A stretch of DNA of 64,000 nucleotides from Owenia fusiformis (GCA_903813345.2 CAIIXF020000001.1:44640001-44704000); one strand, 5' to 3'; numbered from the stretch's first letter, positions 1-12,948 are shown. The notes: generated by a model from the sequence alone, not told the origin. A program made the numbers and translations.

Positions 1-162
1 TACTGCATTTATGTAATCAGTACCGCCATCTACAGTAGATATATAAGGACGATATCGATCACTCGGGATTATTTCATTTGACCGATTTTTATCCATGTTG
101 TCTGGCAAGAATCCAGATGATGATTCCGGTGGCTCAGAATCCTCACATAATTTTTCAAGAAG
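1..162 (-). CDS. RPTP exon 27 (partial), start of PTP D2
   Basis: LLEKLCE...NMDKNRSNEIIPSDRYRPYISTVDGGTDYINAV, truncated by window edge. Confidence 0.9.
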
Positions 163-561
163 CTGAAAAGAAAAAGTTTTAGTATTAATATTCAGATATT
201 TGTTCTAGGATATAAAATTACAAACATGTCTACGATACATTAACAATTAAATTTTCTTATTAATAAGAAGAAAGGCTCTATACAAGATTATTGGTATGCA
301 AACATTTCCAAAGAGAGTAGTAATTCTTTTTTATTTATTTAGTTATATAAAATAAATGTACATGGGGTAATATAGTAAATACAAGAGAGCATATTCAAGT
401 GCTAATCACCATTTTGGCATTATAAGCACTCTAGCCTAGCGGGGAAAAAGTTGAAGAGGGGTGGAAGGGGGGGGGGTCTGAGCTGGGCTGGGACTGGGGG
501 AAATACAGGACAGAGAGTAGTAATCGACCCTTGAATAGCTGCATTTACTCATACTTCTCAC

Positions 562-711
562 CTCAAATTGCTCCTGGAGAATAGATTTATCTTTATCAGG
601 GGCAATCTCCAACATGGTGTTGTATTTCTGACGGAAGTCTGGGCATGGGAGAACAGTATCTCCACATAGTACAGCTTCCAATATGGCATCATAGACAAAT
701 ATATACTGATC
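562..711 (-). CDS. RPTP exon 26, end of D1 and D1-D2 linker
   Basis: DQYIFVYDAILEAVLCGDT...SILQEQFE; 150 nt. Confidence 0.92.
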
Positions 712-819
712 CTAAAACACAAGAATTCATATTTAATAGATTTATATGACATCTTACTTGCACAATCAATAGACTTTTGTATGAGCCTTCTCTCCTCAAA
801 TATGTATTTCAATGGAGTC

Positions 820-2350
820 CATTTGGATAAAGATAACTCTGAAATATGTATTTGAGGGGAGTCCTTAGAAAAAATGTTTTTTGATTAAACAATAAGAGTA
901 AAACTGTGAGCAACCAATTGGATAAAGATAACTACGAAATATATATTTGACGGGAGTCCTTAAAAAAATGTTTTTTGATTAAAATAAGAGGAACTCCAGC
1001 GTGAGCAACCAATGGGATAAAGATAACTACGAAATATATATTTGACGGGAGTCCTTAAAGGCCCCGTATAAAGTTTAAACCACTTTGGCTTATATTGTAG
1101 TCTTACCCAATGTTATCAAAGTGTGTTATGTGAAACTTTTTTTTTAAATTTCAAAAAGTGGTTTTTGATAGACTTTTTGTTCCAAAATTTGTGAATTTAT
1201 TTAAAACCAACTTTAAGAGGTCACTCATATCTTCTAATTAGCCACAATTCATACCAATGCATAGCATTCATCCTCCCATGTTTTTGCCGAAAAAATTAAG
1301 AAAATCGGTTCATAAATAAGCGAGAAATGAACTTATCAGTGCATGAAAATGGTTCTGAGAAAAATGCATTTCAAAATTTTAGTTCTCATAGAAACCAATG
1401 GTACAATGATATCTAAAACATATTTTATTCTTCCTTTTAACCTGGTTAGACAATCAACATTGGTTTTTTATGAAAGTCTAACATATTTAGAAAAGATTGA
1501 CATCGAAAAAAAAATTTCAATTTTTTTCAAAAAGTTTTTGGTACCTTAGTGACATCACTAATGTTTCAAAATATTTTTGATATGCTAAAACATTGAAGTG
1601 GCCCATTAAATATGGCATTTTATTATTGAAATAATGTGTCCTTTGTTCAATCTTTGCATTGGTGTTAAAAAGATAATCTTTTTTGAAATGCATTAAGAAA
1701 TATTTAATGATTAAGAAATTTAAACTTTTTTTGAAAAATGGCGGGAAATTTGAATATTTGAGAAATGAAATGCTCACAACTTTTTTTTCAAAAAATTTTT
1801 TTGTTCAAAAAGCTCTAAAATCACTTTTTAAGTCCTGACAAATAGTAAATGAATGATAAAAAAATATTTTCAAACTTTAGACGGGGACTTTAAAAAAATG
1901 TTTTTTGATTAAAATAAGAGGAACTCCAGCGTGAGCAACCAATGGGATAAAGATAACTACGAAATATATATTTGACGGGAGTCCTTAAAAAAATGTTTTT
2001 TGATTAAAATAAGAGGAACTCCAGCGTGAGCAACCAATGGGATAAAGATAACTACGAAATATATATTTGACGGGAGTCCTTAAAAAAATGTTTTTTGATT
2101 AAAATAAGAGGAACTCCAGCGTGAGCAACCAATGGGATAAAGATAACTACAAAATATATATTTGACGGGAGTCCTTAAAAAAATGTTTTTTGATTAAAAT
2201 AAGAGGAACTCCAGCGTGAGCAACCAATGGGATAAAGATAACTACAAAATATAAATTTGACGGCAGTCCTTATATTAGAAAAATGTTTTTTTATTAAACA
2301 ATAAGAGGAACTCCAGCGTGAGCAACCAATGGGATAAAAAAGACTACAAT
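820..2350. repeat. 95-bp tandem repeat array interrupted by a MITE
   Basis: AATGGGATAAAGATAACTAC recurs at 1941, 2036, 2131, 2226 and in further copies at ~820-1058. Confidence 0.92.
1059..1889. mobile_element. Non-autonomous Kolobok-like DNA transposon
   Basis: TTAA at 1055-1058 and 1890-1893; TIR AGGCCCCGTATAAAGTTT vs reverse complement AGTCCCCGTCTAAAGTTT; AG..CT termini. Confidence 0.85.
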
Positions 2351-2396
2351 ATTCTACTAGTCGTGTGATAAAAATCAACAAAATAATAAAATTTAC

Positions 2397-2532
2397 CAAT
2401 GTTTGCACCATGTTGACTCGTTGGGTCCTCAATAACTGAACAGTGTTGAAAATGTCAACTTGTTCCTCTGTTTTAGCTTGCTCCAGTAACTGATCTATAG
2501 CAATAAAGGTGCCAGATCTGCCTACACCAGCA
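2397..2532 (-). CDS. RPTP exon 25, PTP D1 (SAGVGRSG, Q loop)
   Basis: SAGVGRSGTFIAID...LRTQRVNMVQTL; 136 nt, phase 2-0. Confidence 0.94.
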
Positions 2533-2844
2533 CTGGAAGATAATATTTGAGACATAAAAGAATGATATATTGAAATATAGAGGTACCTAGACTGTACCAA
2601 TGAAGGACTTAAATAACAAGAGTGCCAATAAAAAATATTTTATTATTTGGAGGGAGTAAATGCTGGAGGTTATAAGCACATCCTGAATAATCATATAGTT
2701 TTGCCAGACTTTTATTTCTGGACAATATCGCTCACTTGACTGAACTTGATGAGATCATTCTAATGAAGACAGATCAAAAAATTGAAGGACTTCAATGATA
2801 TTACCTGAGGTAAACATGTGTTAAATAAAACAATAAAGTTTTAC

Positions 2845-2990
2845 CTGCAATGTATGATAAGAGGACCTGTCCTTGTGGATTCATGTTGACGTACACGCCT
2901 CCTGAAAGCTAGAAGCTGAGTGGTCTGGCCTGGTGCTCTGTGGTCAGGCCATGATGTAAAGTGAAACTGTTGAACAATCCTTGTCTGGTC
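2845..2990 (-). CDS. RPTP exon 24, PTP D1 (WPD loop, HC)
   Basis: DQTRIVQQFHFTSWPDHRAP...GPLIIHC; 146 nt, phase 0-2. Confidence 0.94.
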
Positions 2991-3276
2991 CTGCAATAAG
3001 TGAAATATGAACTTACAAGGTTGGGTCAACAAGACATTAAAACATGTTAAAAATAAATGGGAGAGATATATTATTTCCTATGACCACTTATCCTACAAAT
3101 TGACTCATTTTTTCAATTCAATCTTTTCTAGTATTTTTTAGTAAAAATGTTGTTAGAATTTTGAGACAACATAAAAATGACAACATTATAGGTGCATACA
3201 TGCAATGATTTTGTATAGATTTCCATTAATTACATGTACAAAAAACAAAAAATGGACTAATGAGTTAATGACTTAC

Positions 3277-3399
3277 ATCTTTAGTGACTTGGAATGTCCT
3301 AATACTGAAGTCAGTGAGCCTAGCACTACCCAGGCATGTTACATTGATACTACCATACATTTTACTTCCTTCCTCTGGCCAATACTGCTCACACTTTTT
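3277..3399 (-). CDS. RPTP exon 23, PTP D1 (KCEQYWP)
   Basis: KKCEQYWPEEGSKMYGSINVTCLGSARLTDFSIRTFQVTKD; 123 nt. Confidence 0.93.
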
Positions 3400-3605
3400 C
3401 TAATAAAATAATATTTTAACGAATGTTTATTCATATGCAATAAATCTCAAATGTATTAATCTTGTATTCCATAACTGAAAAAACAACACAAAGCTGTATG
3501 CTGTCTGCAAACTTATTGTATTCCCATCAAATATGCATCGTTTATAGCAAATTCTAACAGTTTCAATATTTGAAAATGAAAACCAATACAATGTGCTCTA
3601 CATAC

Positions 3606-3703
3606 CTTAGCATTTTCTGTTAAATTGGTTACCATGACAATCTGATTTGCTTCCTTCTCCCACAGCATTCTCCAGAAGTCTTTTATTGTTGCCAAACTTG
3701 GCC
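3606..3703 (-). CDS. RPTP exon 22, PTP D1 (DFWRM)
   Basis: GPSLATIKDFWRMLWEKEANQIVMVTNLTENAK; 98 nt. Confidence 0.93.
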
Positions 3704-4101
3704 CTGAAATGAAAATATTTTAGAGAAATAATGTCATATTCATCACAGACAAACAGAGAGAGAATCATAGGCTAAATGTGTATGGTCTCATCAGGGTATT
3801 ATTGCTTGTTTGTAAACAATGTATACTTGAATAGTAATCATTGGAAGGTTTAATATAAAGAGGTCATACCTCTTCCCCCCATGGAAACAATATTGAATGA
3901 ATAACGCCTACAGATCAAGTCTTATGGCCATGATAGAGATATTTTTCTCACATAACTCAGGATCTATTATATTACTAGGTCTAATTTTACATAACTTTAT
4001 AAAAGCTCATTCATCATAAGTATCAAATTCTGAATGTATTACATCAGAATGCAATCAGTTTGAATGATTAATTTAAAATAAGTAAATGAGTAATACTCTA
4101 C

Positions 4102-4138
4102 CTTGGGCAGCTATGTAACACTTTGGTTTTTTATACCC
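4102..4138 (-). CDS. RPTP exon 21, PTP D1 (YIAAQ)
   Basis: GYKKPKCYIAAQ; 37 nt. Confidence 0.9.
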
Positions 4139-4469
4139 CTGAAAACAAGGAAGGTCACATCATTAATGAGTCTCGAAAAAGTTCATTTTAAATTGATAAA
4201 TATAAATCATTGTCTCTAAGGATTATACATATAATTAATAATAAATGGTGTAATACATTTTCTTAGGAAACTTGAAACATACTGAGATCAAGAATAAGAA
4301 TACATATTTGACTAGTTATTCTCGATCAATCCATCAGAACAATAATTTATCGGGACGCCTGACCGCCCACCCAGCAGACTGCCCACCCAGCAAACAATTC
4401 ACAATATAGCAACCGAGTGTGTCATAAAAATCTATATTCAGCAGTTTGTATGACAAACAAAGTACTTAC

Positions 4470-4546
4470 ATCTATATAACAGGCGTTTATATAGTCTGAA
4501 TGCGGACTGCCTGGTAGGACATCTAACAGTACACGACTGTGGTCAT
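4470..4546 (-). CDS. RPTP exon 20, PTP D1 (DYINA)
   Basis: YDHSRVLLDVLPGSPHSDYINACYID; 77 nt. Confidence 0.93.
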
Positions 4547-4796
4547 CTACAAGTAAACATACGCATATCACTCAGTTAAGAAAAATTAAATACTAGTATA
4601 TAGCTGTACATAGCATAATCATTTATATATAGTCTTGCATTTATAATTCACAAATGGATAAAGAGTCCATTTTATAAAAATATATTCTTGAGTGGAGAAG
4701 TGAATTCTATTCAAAGTGTATCAGAATGTATATTGAGAACTAAGTGTATTTATGATACTTTCTACTAAAAGCTTGATATGATAAGCAAATACTTAC

Positions 4797-4884
4797 ATGC
4801 AACAATATTGAGAAAACGATTTTTTACTTTATTCTCAGGTTTAGATGCTACTTCATGTGCTGCAGTGAATCCCATAGGAATTTT
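4797..4884 (-). CDS. RPTP exon 19, PTP D1 (KNRF)
   Basis: KIPMGFTAAHEVASKPENKVKNRFLNIVA; 88 nt, phase 0-1. Confidence 0.92.
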
Positions 4885-5039
4885 CTGCAAATTAAAATAC
4901 ATATATGGAGACATTACTACACTTCATATACTTAACTTAGAATTCTATATCTTTACTCATACCTTGTACAATTTAATATGAGTGAACTATAAACCTATTG
5001 TATAAACTGTATCTCAAATTTCAATCACTCCCTTATTAA

Positions 5040-5404
5040 AGGGGCGACAAGGACTGTAGAGAGAAAATTAGAAATTTTTTATTTTTCTGAGCTATCAGGT
5101 CAATATTTGGCTTAACATCTTCTTTGACATACCTATTTTCTTAAAATGTATGGATAAACTATCAATTTCAGCATTAAGAAGTATAAATCCAATTCAAAGC
5201 TTTTATAAAGGGAGTCCCACTTAAAGATTTTTAAGATCAACTATGTTTCAAGAAGAATATCAGCTGAAATAATGTTCATCCAGGGGTTTCTTTGTAGGTA
5301 ATAAAAATATATGTTAGTCTTGATGAAATATCCAAACTTAAATATATTTTGACACTGGTTGCTGATCGTTGAATGCCCCCCCCCCTTCACTTATTGTTGC
5401 ACCT
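5040..5404. mobile_element. Short Kolobok-like MITE
   Basis: TTAA|AGGGGCGACAA ... TTGTTGCACCT|TTAA. Confidence 0.65.
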
Positions 5405-5439
5405 TTAATCTAGACAGATCCTTTCAAATGGAAACTTAC

Positions 5440-5660
5440 ATCATATTCTTGCTTAAAGCCATCATCTTTCTGCTTTTTCATCATCGTGACATGGTCCCAT
5501 AGTTCAGCAGTAGGAATGGCATGACTAACATTGTCTTGGTTGATATTCTCATATATAACCTCCGAAGGAGATTCAGCCGTAACTTCAGTGTTGAGATTCG
5601 TGGTGGCAGTCACAGCTGTAGTTGTATTACTAGGAGGATCGATCCGGAGAAATGGGATGT
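5440..5660 (-). CDS. RPTP exon 18, juxtamembrane region
   Basis: DIPFLRIDPPS...EVIYENI...DGFKQEYD; 221 nt, phase 1-0. Confidence 0.87.
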
Positions 5661-6349
5661 CTAAAATTGTTGATACATTGTCATGAAAGTAAAATCAGCC
5701 AACTGAACATCAATGTGATTTATTCAGTCCAGCTGCAAAGCGCAAATCAAACAAGTTTATTATAACATAGCGATTCTGTGAAGCTTTGCATCGAACTGGC
5801 ATTTGATTGATGGATTTTAAGGCTGTGCATGTTAAACTACACTAATATATTAGAAATAAAAAAAACAGATTTGAGGATATAAATCAAAGACTGGTTATGT
5901 ATAACAATAGAGAGGTTTCATTAAAAGTTCTTATAAAACTATATCTTGTACTTGAATTAGCTTAGTGGTGGAGTAAATAGTCATTGCATGATTAATAGAA
6001 TAACTGTTTCATTCCAGTGTCCTTAATCGCAATATTTGTTTAACTCGTCCAATTGTTTGATAAAAATTACATGCCATTTCCTTCAATTTGCACTAAATCC
6101 TGTATTATGCCATTTATCTAGAGTCTCAAGGGCCACTGCATCCTGATAAAGGTACAAGTTTTGGTGTTCTTATCCAAAGAACTTGTGTCAAAACCTCTCT
6201 TTCATTTGTCAATATAATTTTCTTTTCAGCCAATCAGATTGATTCATATTCATTTCAGATCGTAAAATACAATACAGCTGTACTAGCATCCAGCTAGGAG
6301 CTTGAAGTATTACATAGAAAGTACTACTAATATGTAGCTAAAAAATTAA

Positions 6350-6570
6350 AACACATGGCTCCAGGCAAGCATGCATAGAACAAATTGCTCCACTCATGCA
6401 TGCAGAGTACACATGGCTCCACTCATGCATAGAACACATGGCTCCACTCATGCATGCAAAGAACACAAGGCCCCACTCATGCATGCAGAGTACAAATGGC
6501 TGCACTCATGCATATATACTGTAGTATTTGAGAAAATGGTTGAACTGATACAGTCACCCATGCATGCATA
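6350..6570. repeat. Minisatellite, ~26-30 bp unit (CATGGCTCCACTCATGCAT core)
   Basis: About 6 degenerate copies visible. Confidence 0.8.
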
Positions 6571-7079
6571 TCAATCTCACAGACAATAAAGGCTAAATTC
6601 CAAGTATAAAATGCTGTATGTGTATCATTAATTTGCATTTCCCACATAACTGTGATGAGACATTTTCCTTGGTTCAGCCAAGAACAGAAATAATACAAAT
6701 TCAAACATGCAAATTATGTTTTATCCTATATCCTAGGAATATACAGGTAAACATGTAAATATGTATGTATAGACACGTTTCACTGTAATTGTAATAATGG
6801 CATTAGAGTCTAAGGATACAAGTAATGTCTGACTATGACTTGGTCTCAGCTGTTCTTACATTGTGTGATCTACTAAAACAAAACTTCACAGTTTCTTTGA
6901 ACAACTGATCACAAGGGAGATTTGACAAACGTTCTGGTATTGTTTCCAATGGTAAAGGCGATTGTCTTCATTTAAAGGCGAGAGTGAGAACGAGACATGA
7001 ACATAGAATTACTATGAGTAGGACACCATTGTATATCAGTCACTATGTGTACCCTTAGCCTGATATGAATCTACTTTAC

Positions 7080-7156
7080 CCTGTCCAGTTTTCTCTGTAT
7101 CTTTGCGCTTGAAGAAAGATCGTGTTTTGGCAAATCGGGAACCAGGTTGCTTTTTT
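7080..7156 (-). CDS. RPTP exon 17, basic juxtamembrane segment
   Basis: KKQPGSRFAKTRSFFKRKDTEKTGQ; 77 nt, phase 2-1 bridging exons 16 and 18. Confidence 0.8.
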
Positions 7157-7748
7157 CTAAACAAACAGCAAGCAAAATATGCAACATTCAACCATACAAA
7201 ACAATACAATGCAGTTAGTAGTCTTAGTTGATCCTTTAACAGTCACAGTCATTACTTGAAAAGGCCACATTCCCCCACATCCACATTCATGTCATATAGT
7301 TGTGATATAATATAAATTATGTCTCATAAACCAAGGTAGAGCTAACTGTATAACAAAATCTCAACTGGTGAAATCAGCTGCCCCTCCCCTCTCTTTCTAA
7401 TAGACCCAATAAAAATGCACATTGGATATTTCTCAAGAATCAATTTTAACTTGTTTCAGTCAGAGATGTGCCAATAAATCAAAAAAAAATTCAATTAAAT
7501 GACTGTTAATGGATGCACAATTTGGTACTATAACATGATGATTATTAAAAGTAGTGGGATACCCTAAAAGCAAATATTAACATGCAAGTCAACGGCAAAA
7601 TTTGAAAATAGCACACAGTATGCTACAAAAAGTCTACGTTATATGCTCATTAAGCTAGTGGGACTCTGTAGAAACAAACAATTAAATGTACAGAAATATA
7701 TATGTGAACTGATACCTATATCAATGAATCTATGAAGAACAAAATAAT

Positions 7749-7875
7749 AACAAGGCATTAACATGCAAAATGTCACCACCTGCCATTTGTTACAGATGCC
7801 AACCAACTTATACCATCCAGAAAAACTTGGAGACTATAACAATATGTCATCACTTTTGGTGGTGACATAATAAAA
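7749..7875 (+). mobile_element. Short HINE-like element, family A
   Basis: 5' AACAAGGCATTAACATGCAAAATGTCACCAC; 3' hairpin ATGTCATCACTTTTGGTGGTGACAT; relatives at ~10625, 14457, 28410, 29546, 41450, 43420. Confidence 0.65.
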
Positions 7876-9418
7876 ATGACTATGTTTCCATTGAAGCATA
7901 GAACTTGTAAACTACGGGCTAATTATAGGTTCAATTGATCAAATCATATTCAGTGCAAATCACATGACTTATTTTTTCCTCAAAAGGTATCAGCTCACAA
8001 ACGTACCAAAACCAAGACCCCATGTCTTAGCCAAACAACACAAAGCCGATCACTGAACAAGTAAATCCTTCCTGGTAAATTAGTAGAAATATTTTAATCA
8101 ATGGCACATCAGATCCTATTGAGAGTATTCTTTAATATTTCTCGTTTTTGCATTCTAAATTATAAACCTTTCAATTAAAGTAGATTTCGGAAATATAAAA
8201 CACATGTGAATACATTATTTCACATCCTAATCATGTGCATGAGAAAGTTCAAATTACCTTCCAAAATTCTGCAATTAACGATAATGATCTGAAGTTCTTA
8301 ACATAATTTTGAACAAGAAATTCAAAGAAACCTTTATAATTTTTCTAATGTGCACAGTACATTTTTTAATATGCATAACACATATGCATATATTAATGAT
8401 GTACAATTATTGTTGTATACTGTAGTTTTTTAGTTTATTTGTTGCAATGTTGTACTCTTGCATCAGTTTTGCATGCATCCATCAAAATGACAAACTCGTC
8501 AGTCAATGATTACAGCAAATACGGCAACATTTGAACAATTTACAAATCTAATGGATGCTTTTGACTCACATACCTGCCAAATAGTAAAAAGTAATAAAAT
8601 TATCAAAAATATTGATTAATTTTACTTAAAGGAGTATATATTCAAACATTTTCTCTGTTGATATAGCTGAATCGTACACAATATCTGTTGATACAGCTAA
8701 ACTGTCATATACATTTTAGAATCTGATGGTGTAGTTTTTTAGTATATTTTTTAAAACTACTGTATTAAAAGAACTGCTGGTGGCTGCCATTTTGAATTTG
8801 AGGTTCCAATATGGGAGTCACTGCAGCCACATTTGACAGTGTCAATATTGGGGGAATTACATTAATCATAACATTAATCAATGCTTCAAGTGAATAAGAA
8901 TTTCTTGAACAATCACAAAGTGCCAGAATAAGCTATACCAGTGTGGAAGATATTTGACATGAAGTCGTGACAATTTCTTCAAATAGACTTCACAATTGTA
9001 TAATGGCAGATATGGACTGGATGTGTATTAAAGCACAGTCAAGGCTACATTCTCACAACTCACCTTATACGGTCGAAAAGGATTGTATTTCTTTTATCCT
9101 TTTTTTACAATCAAAAAAATTATTTTGAAAATAAACTGGCGGTGTCTCATTCCTAATCGTCAAATATTATATTTCAATAGTCTTGGGTTAGTTTTCAATT
9201 AAATGTAGTTTTCTGTCTATCAACATGCAGTAATAAAAACGTTTTACATGCAAGTGTGGAAAAAATAACCACTTGGGTCTCTATTTTTTTGTTTGTTGAT
9301 AAAAAATTTGAAGTGATAGATGTTTCAAAAACTGTAAGTTGATGTAGGAACATTACAGTGACATTGGGGTCAAGGTCAATGTTGGATTGAAGGTTTAAGA
9401 GTAATTTCCAACACCTAC

Positions 9419-9542
9419 CTGAGAACTACAAAGAATATGGAGACAATGATGATTGTGATACAGGCCACTATGGCAACCATAACTCCTGCAACTATTCCAG
9501 CTTGATTGGAGTGGGGTTCCTCTGGGGCTTTATAAGCCATTA
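9419..9542 (-). CDS. RPTP exon 16, transmembrane helix
   Basis: AGIVAGVMVAIVACITIIIVSIFFVVLR; 124 nt, phase 1-2. Confidence 0.92.
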
Positions 9543-9630
9543 CTGGAAAAAAATCATACGAGTGTGGCAATATTGAAAGTGCAATGAATATTATGTGCTC
9601 CATTATATATTCATAATGAAATCACGAAGA

Positions 9631-9880
9631 ACATGTGCTCAATAATGTGTTCACATTGAAGTCATGAGGTACATGTGCTCAATAATGTGTTCCCATTGAA
9701 GTCATGAAGTACATGTGCTCAATAATGTGTTCACATTGAAGTCATGAAGTACATGTGCTCAATAATGTGTTCACATTGAAGTCATGAAGTACATGTGCTC
9801 AATAATGTGTTCACATTGAAGTCATGAAGTACATGTGCTCAATAATGTGTTCCCATTGAAATCATGAAGTACATGTGCAG
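9631..9880. repeat. 40-bp tandem repeat, ~6 copies
   Basis: ACATGTGCTCAATAATGTGTTCACATTGAAGTCATGAAGT repeated at exact 40-bp spacing. Confidence 0.95.
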
Positions 9881-10082
9881 AGTAATATGTTCATCCTGAG
9901 AGAATGATTTACAAGTGAAGAAATAATACATTTATTAGAAATCATAAAATACATATAATAAGCTGAATTGACAATAAGCTTACAAAGTGTATATGCAGAA
10001 TAAAACTTATTTCATTAAACATCATTCCTTTTGGCTTTAATCATAATATGCAAGAACACATTCTACACCACATTCTACTCAC

Positions 10083-10450
10083 CATGTACAGGGGCATCCA
10101 GCTTTGAGTATGTATAAGCTGATGTACCATCCACTGTTACGACAACCCCAAAGTATAATTCATATTTAGCTCCCTCTTCTAAAGGTGCATTGAAATACTC
10201 CTTCACAGTTTCGTTACTCCCGATAACAAAAATTGCACCATTTTTAGCAATTTCCGCTAGGTCTTTGTTATCGAGCTCAGCAGCAATGTAACAGTTTTTG
10301 TTTTCCTTTTGAGCAGCATAATAGTCAGTAAGTTTTTCAAAATTACATGTAGAAGTAGTAGTTCCTGCTATCTCTGTATCCCGTTTAGAGGGGTTGTTTA
10401 TTGTGTAGCTAGGATCTTCATTAACCTTGTCCACTACAATACGATGTACC
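10083..10450 (-). CDS. RPTP exon 15, membrane-proximal domain
   Basis: VHRIVV...CYIAAEL...FVIGSNETVKEYFNAPLEEGAKYELYF; 368 nt, phase 2-1. Confidence 0.9.
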
Positions 10451-10831
10451 CTGAAATATCAATGAAAAATGATGCATGAAACAGGACATATCAAGATGTA
10501 CATGTATGATATTTCTTATTAATATTAACTGTGATCAAAAGAAATAACCTTTGGTATGGGTATATTGATAAAGATATCCATATTTTCATATATTGGTTTA
10601 CATTGGGGTTACAGCACAGAATATACATGCAAAATGTCACCACGTGCCATTTGGTACAAACGCTGACTGCCAACACCAACAACCGAAACACAGTCCACAA
10701 AAAAGCTGGAGACTATAACAATGTCACAACACCTGTTGGTAACATAAAAAAACACTCTAGCAATTTAAATTACAGTTACAGTTTTAGTGAAACAATCATT
10801 TGTACATATAAAAATTTGAAAAAATACTTAC

Positions 10832-10940
10832 ATGTTTTTGCTTTCACTATTGAAATTAGCGACCATTTCAATTTTAATTGTTACACTTGTGTCTGTCATT
10901 TCTTCAAGGACAACCTCTGGGGCGGGAGGGGCTTTGGGTT
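10832..10940 (-). CDS. RPTP exon 14, membrane-proximal FN3-like domain N-part
   Basis: PKAPPAPEVVLEEMTDTSVTIKIEMVANFNSESKN; 109 nt, phase 1-2. Confidence 0.85.
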
Positions 10941-11194
10941 CTGAAATACATTGAAATAAGTATATAAGGAGACTATTTGCATATAGAATATAATTACATT
11001 TACCATATAAAGTACTATTCACTAAAATAGTTTACTAAAATATATTAATCATCTTACATTAGTTTGATCGATATTGTTTAATGGGGTTTGTTTTCTTCAG
11101 TGATCATAAAATAATGTAAAACAAACTATATACAACAATAAAAGTTCACATCAGTTTATGATCACCCTGTATGCCAAACTTTCCATTCACTTAC

Positions 11195-11372
11195 TAGCTG
11201 GTGCAGTATAGAAGAATCCAGAGACATCCTGACCATATCCAGCACTGGTCCTGGCCATTAGTCGACAGTGATATTCAGTACCTGACTGTAGGCCTTGCAA
11301 TGTGTATGAAAATCCAACAGTTTCACCTTTAAATTGTGTGCCCCTTGTGTTACCCGCCACGGAGCAAACAAT
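11195..11372 (-). CDS. RPTP exon 13, FN3 #6 C-part
   Basis: IVCSVAG...YTLQGLQSGTEYHCRLMARTSAGYG; 178 nt, phase 0-1. Confidence 0.88.
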
Positions 11373-11961
11373 CTGAAAAAATGTTGAAGAATAAACAGTT
11401 TTTAACCTATTAATAGTTTTCTATTCATCAAAAGTAATGTATGCATGGCCAGAGTAAGACTTGAAGTGGTCAAGTTTGTTTGGTAGCACTGATCTTTTGA
11501 GTTCAGATTGGAGTACTACTAAGGAAATTAATTCAAATTTCAAATTAATTGTTTTTAAAGAAGGAAGGGGAGTCTACTGTTACGACATATAAAGCTGGCA
11601 TTTACTTAAAAGTGTATTTGTCTATGTACATGTATGTCAGCTTCACCCCAAAATTTAGGTTATCGGTATCAAGTTAGGGGAATAATCAACATAGTGATTT
11701 TTGGGAAGGTTAAGACCTCTAGAGTAAGAAAATATGTGATAGCATTGCAACAATGGTAGCTAAATGGGTGTTATCACCCATTTTTCAAAATGGCCGACGG
11801 TGCACGAGTTACAATATAAAAGTGGGTATATCTACTTTATAACTGACAATTTAAGATAATTTCAATTAACACTTGTTAAATTACAATACATTACTTTTTG
11901 GACACCCTGATGTATTATTCAGACGTGTGCACATGCAAGACAAAATCATTTCCATACTTAC

Positions 11962-12138
11962 AGTGTATTTTGTAATGATTCCATTTGTTCTCTTAGGTGC
12001 CGTCCACTGAAGGCTCAGACTGCGATCAGTTTTAGCTTGTTTAGAAAAATACTGAGGCGGCCCAGGCTTTCCTTCCCTTGTAAAACCTTGTACTTCCTTG
12101 CTTAAGTTGCCTCCTCCTTGAGATGTGAAAGCCCTCAC
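11962..12138 (-). CDS. RPTP exon 12, end of FN3 #5 and start of FN3 #6
   Basis: VRAFTSQGGG...LSLQWTAPKRTNGIITKYT; 177 nt, phase 0-0. Confidence 0.88.
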
Positions 12139-12948
12139 CTTAACAATAAATAAAATATTCTATGTAAATATTTCCTAAATGGTCTGGAAACAGGGGTCCT
12201 TAGTAGAGATTGGTTCTTTGAGCATGTGATCATAATTTGGGATATTGGGGGATTGCTTTCCTCATGACTGATTGTATTTGCTTTGATATTTACGCTGATA
12301 TGATATCATGAAATAAAAATACTAAATTAAATTCACTGACATGTGGTATGAAAATGACTTTACTCCAGACTCTATCGCTCTTTAGACCATAAATCACTCG
12401 TCAAAGTCATACAAACATTGACTTTTCACTCAAAGTAAATATGGATGATGTAGCAATGTTGATATTGAAAGCAGGGGGCATATAAATTAATATGTTGTAT
12501 ATCAGATTAATTTACTCATATCTGAATTACTGAATCAATTATAAGTAATATAATCCAGTAATCCATATGTAAGTTTTTTAAGAATGGAATCAAAATTTAG
12601 TAGAGTGTACTTCTAAATTAATTGACCAAGAAATTTTTAACTCTCTCTATGGAGGGGGTCTGCCAATGACTCTATTTTAAATATTTAAATCATGCCATCA
12701 ATACAGAATAAAGGAAGATTAAAACAAAGAATTTTTGAGGAATGTCTGATTTAACATGACACTATTTGATCACATGGACCAATTATTGCAGAATTTTACT
12801 TTCGTAAAATATTCTGCCATGTTTATGATCTTTTGATCAGTTATCTCTGTACAAGAGTTGGAGATAACCTGAGATGAAGATTCTCAAAATTCTTCACAGA
12901 ATATTCCTGGACCTTCTTTTCAGGGTCCTTCCATTACAATATACTTAC

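Noticed and set aside
6860..6970. Extra juxtamembrane exon
   Set aside because: Weak acceptor; the phase-1 reading hits a stop after ~26 codons; exons 17 and 18 join cleanly without it
9631..9880. Regular short repeats as a CRISPR array
   Set aside because: Head-to-tail units with no unique spacers, eukaryotic intron context, no cas genes
10531..10944. 137-aa plus-strand ORF
   Set aside because: Antisense to exon 14 and crosses a HINE remnant; no coding features
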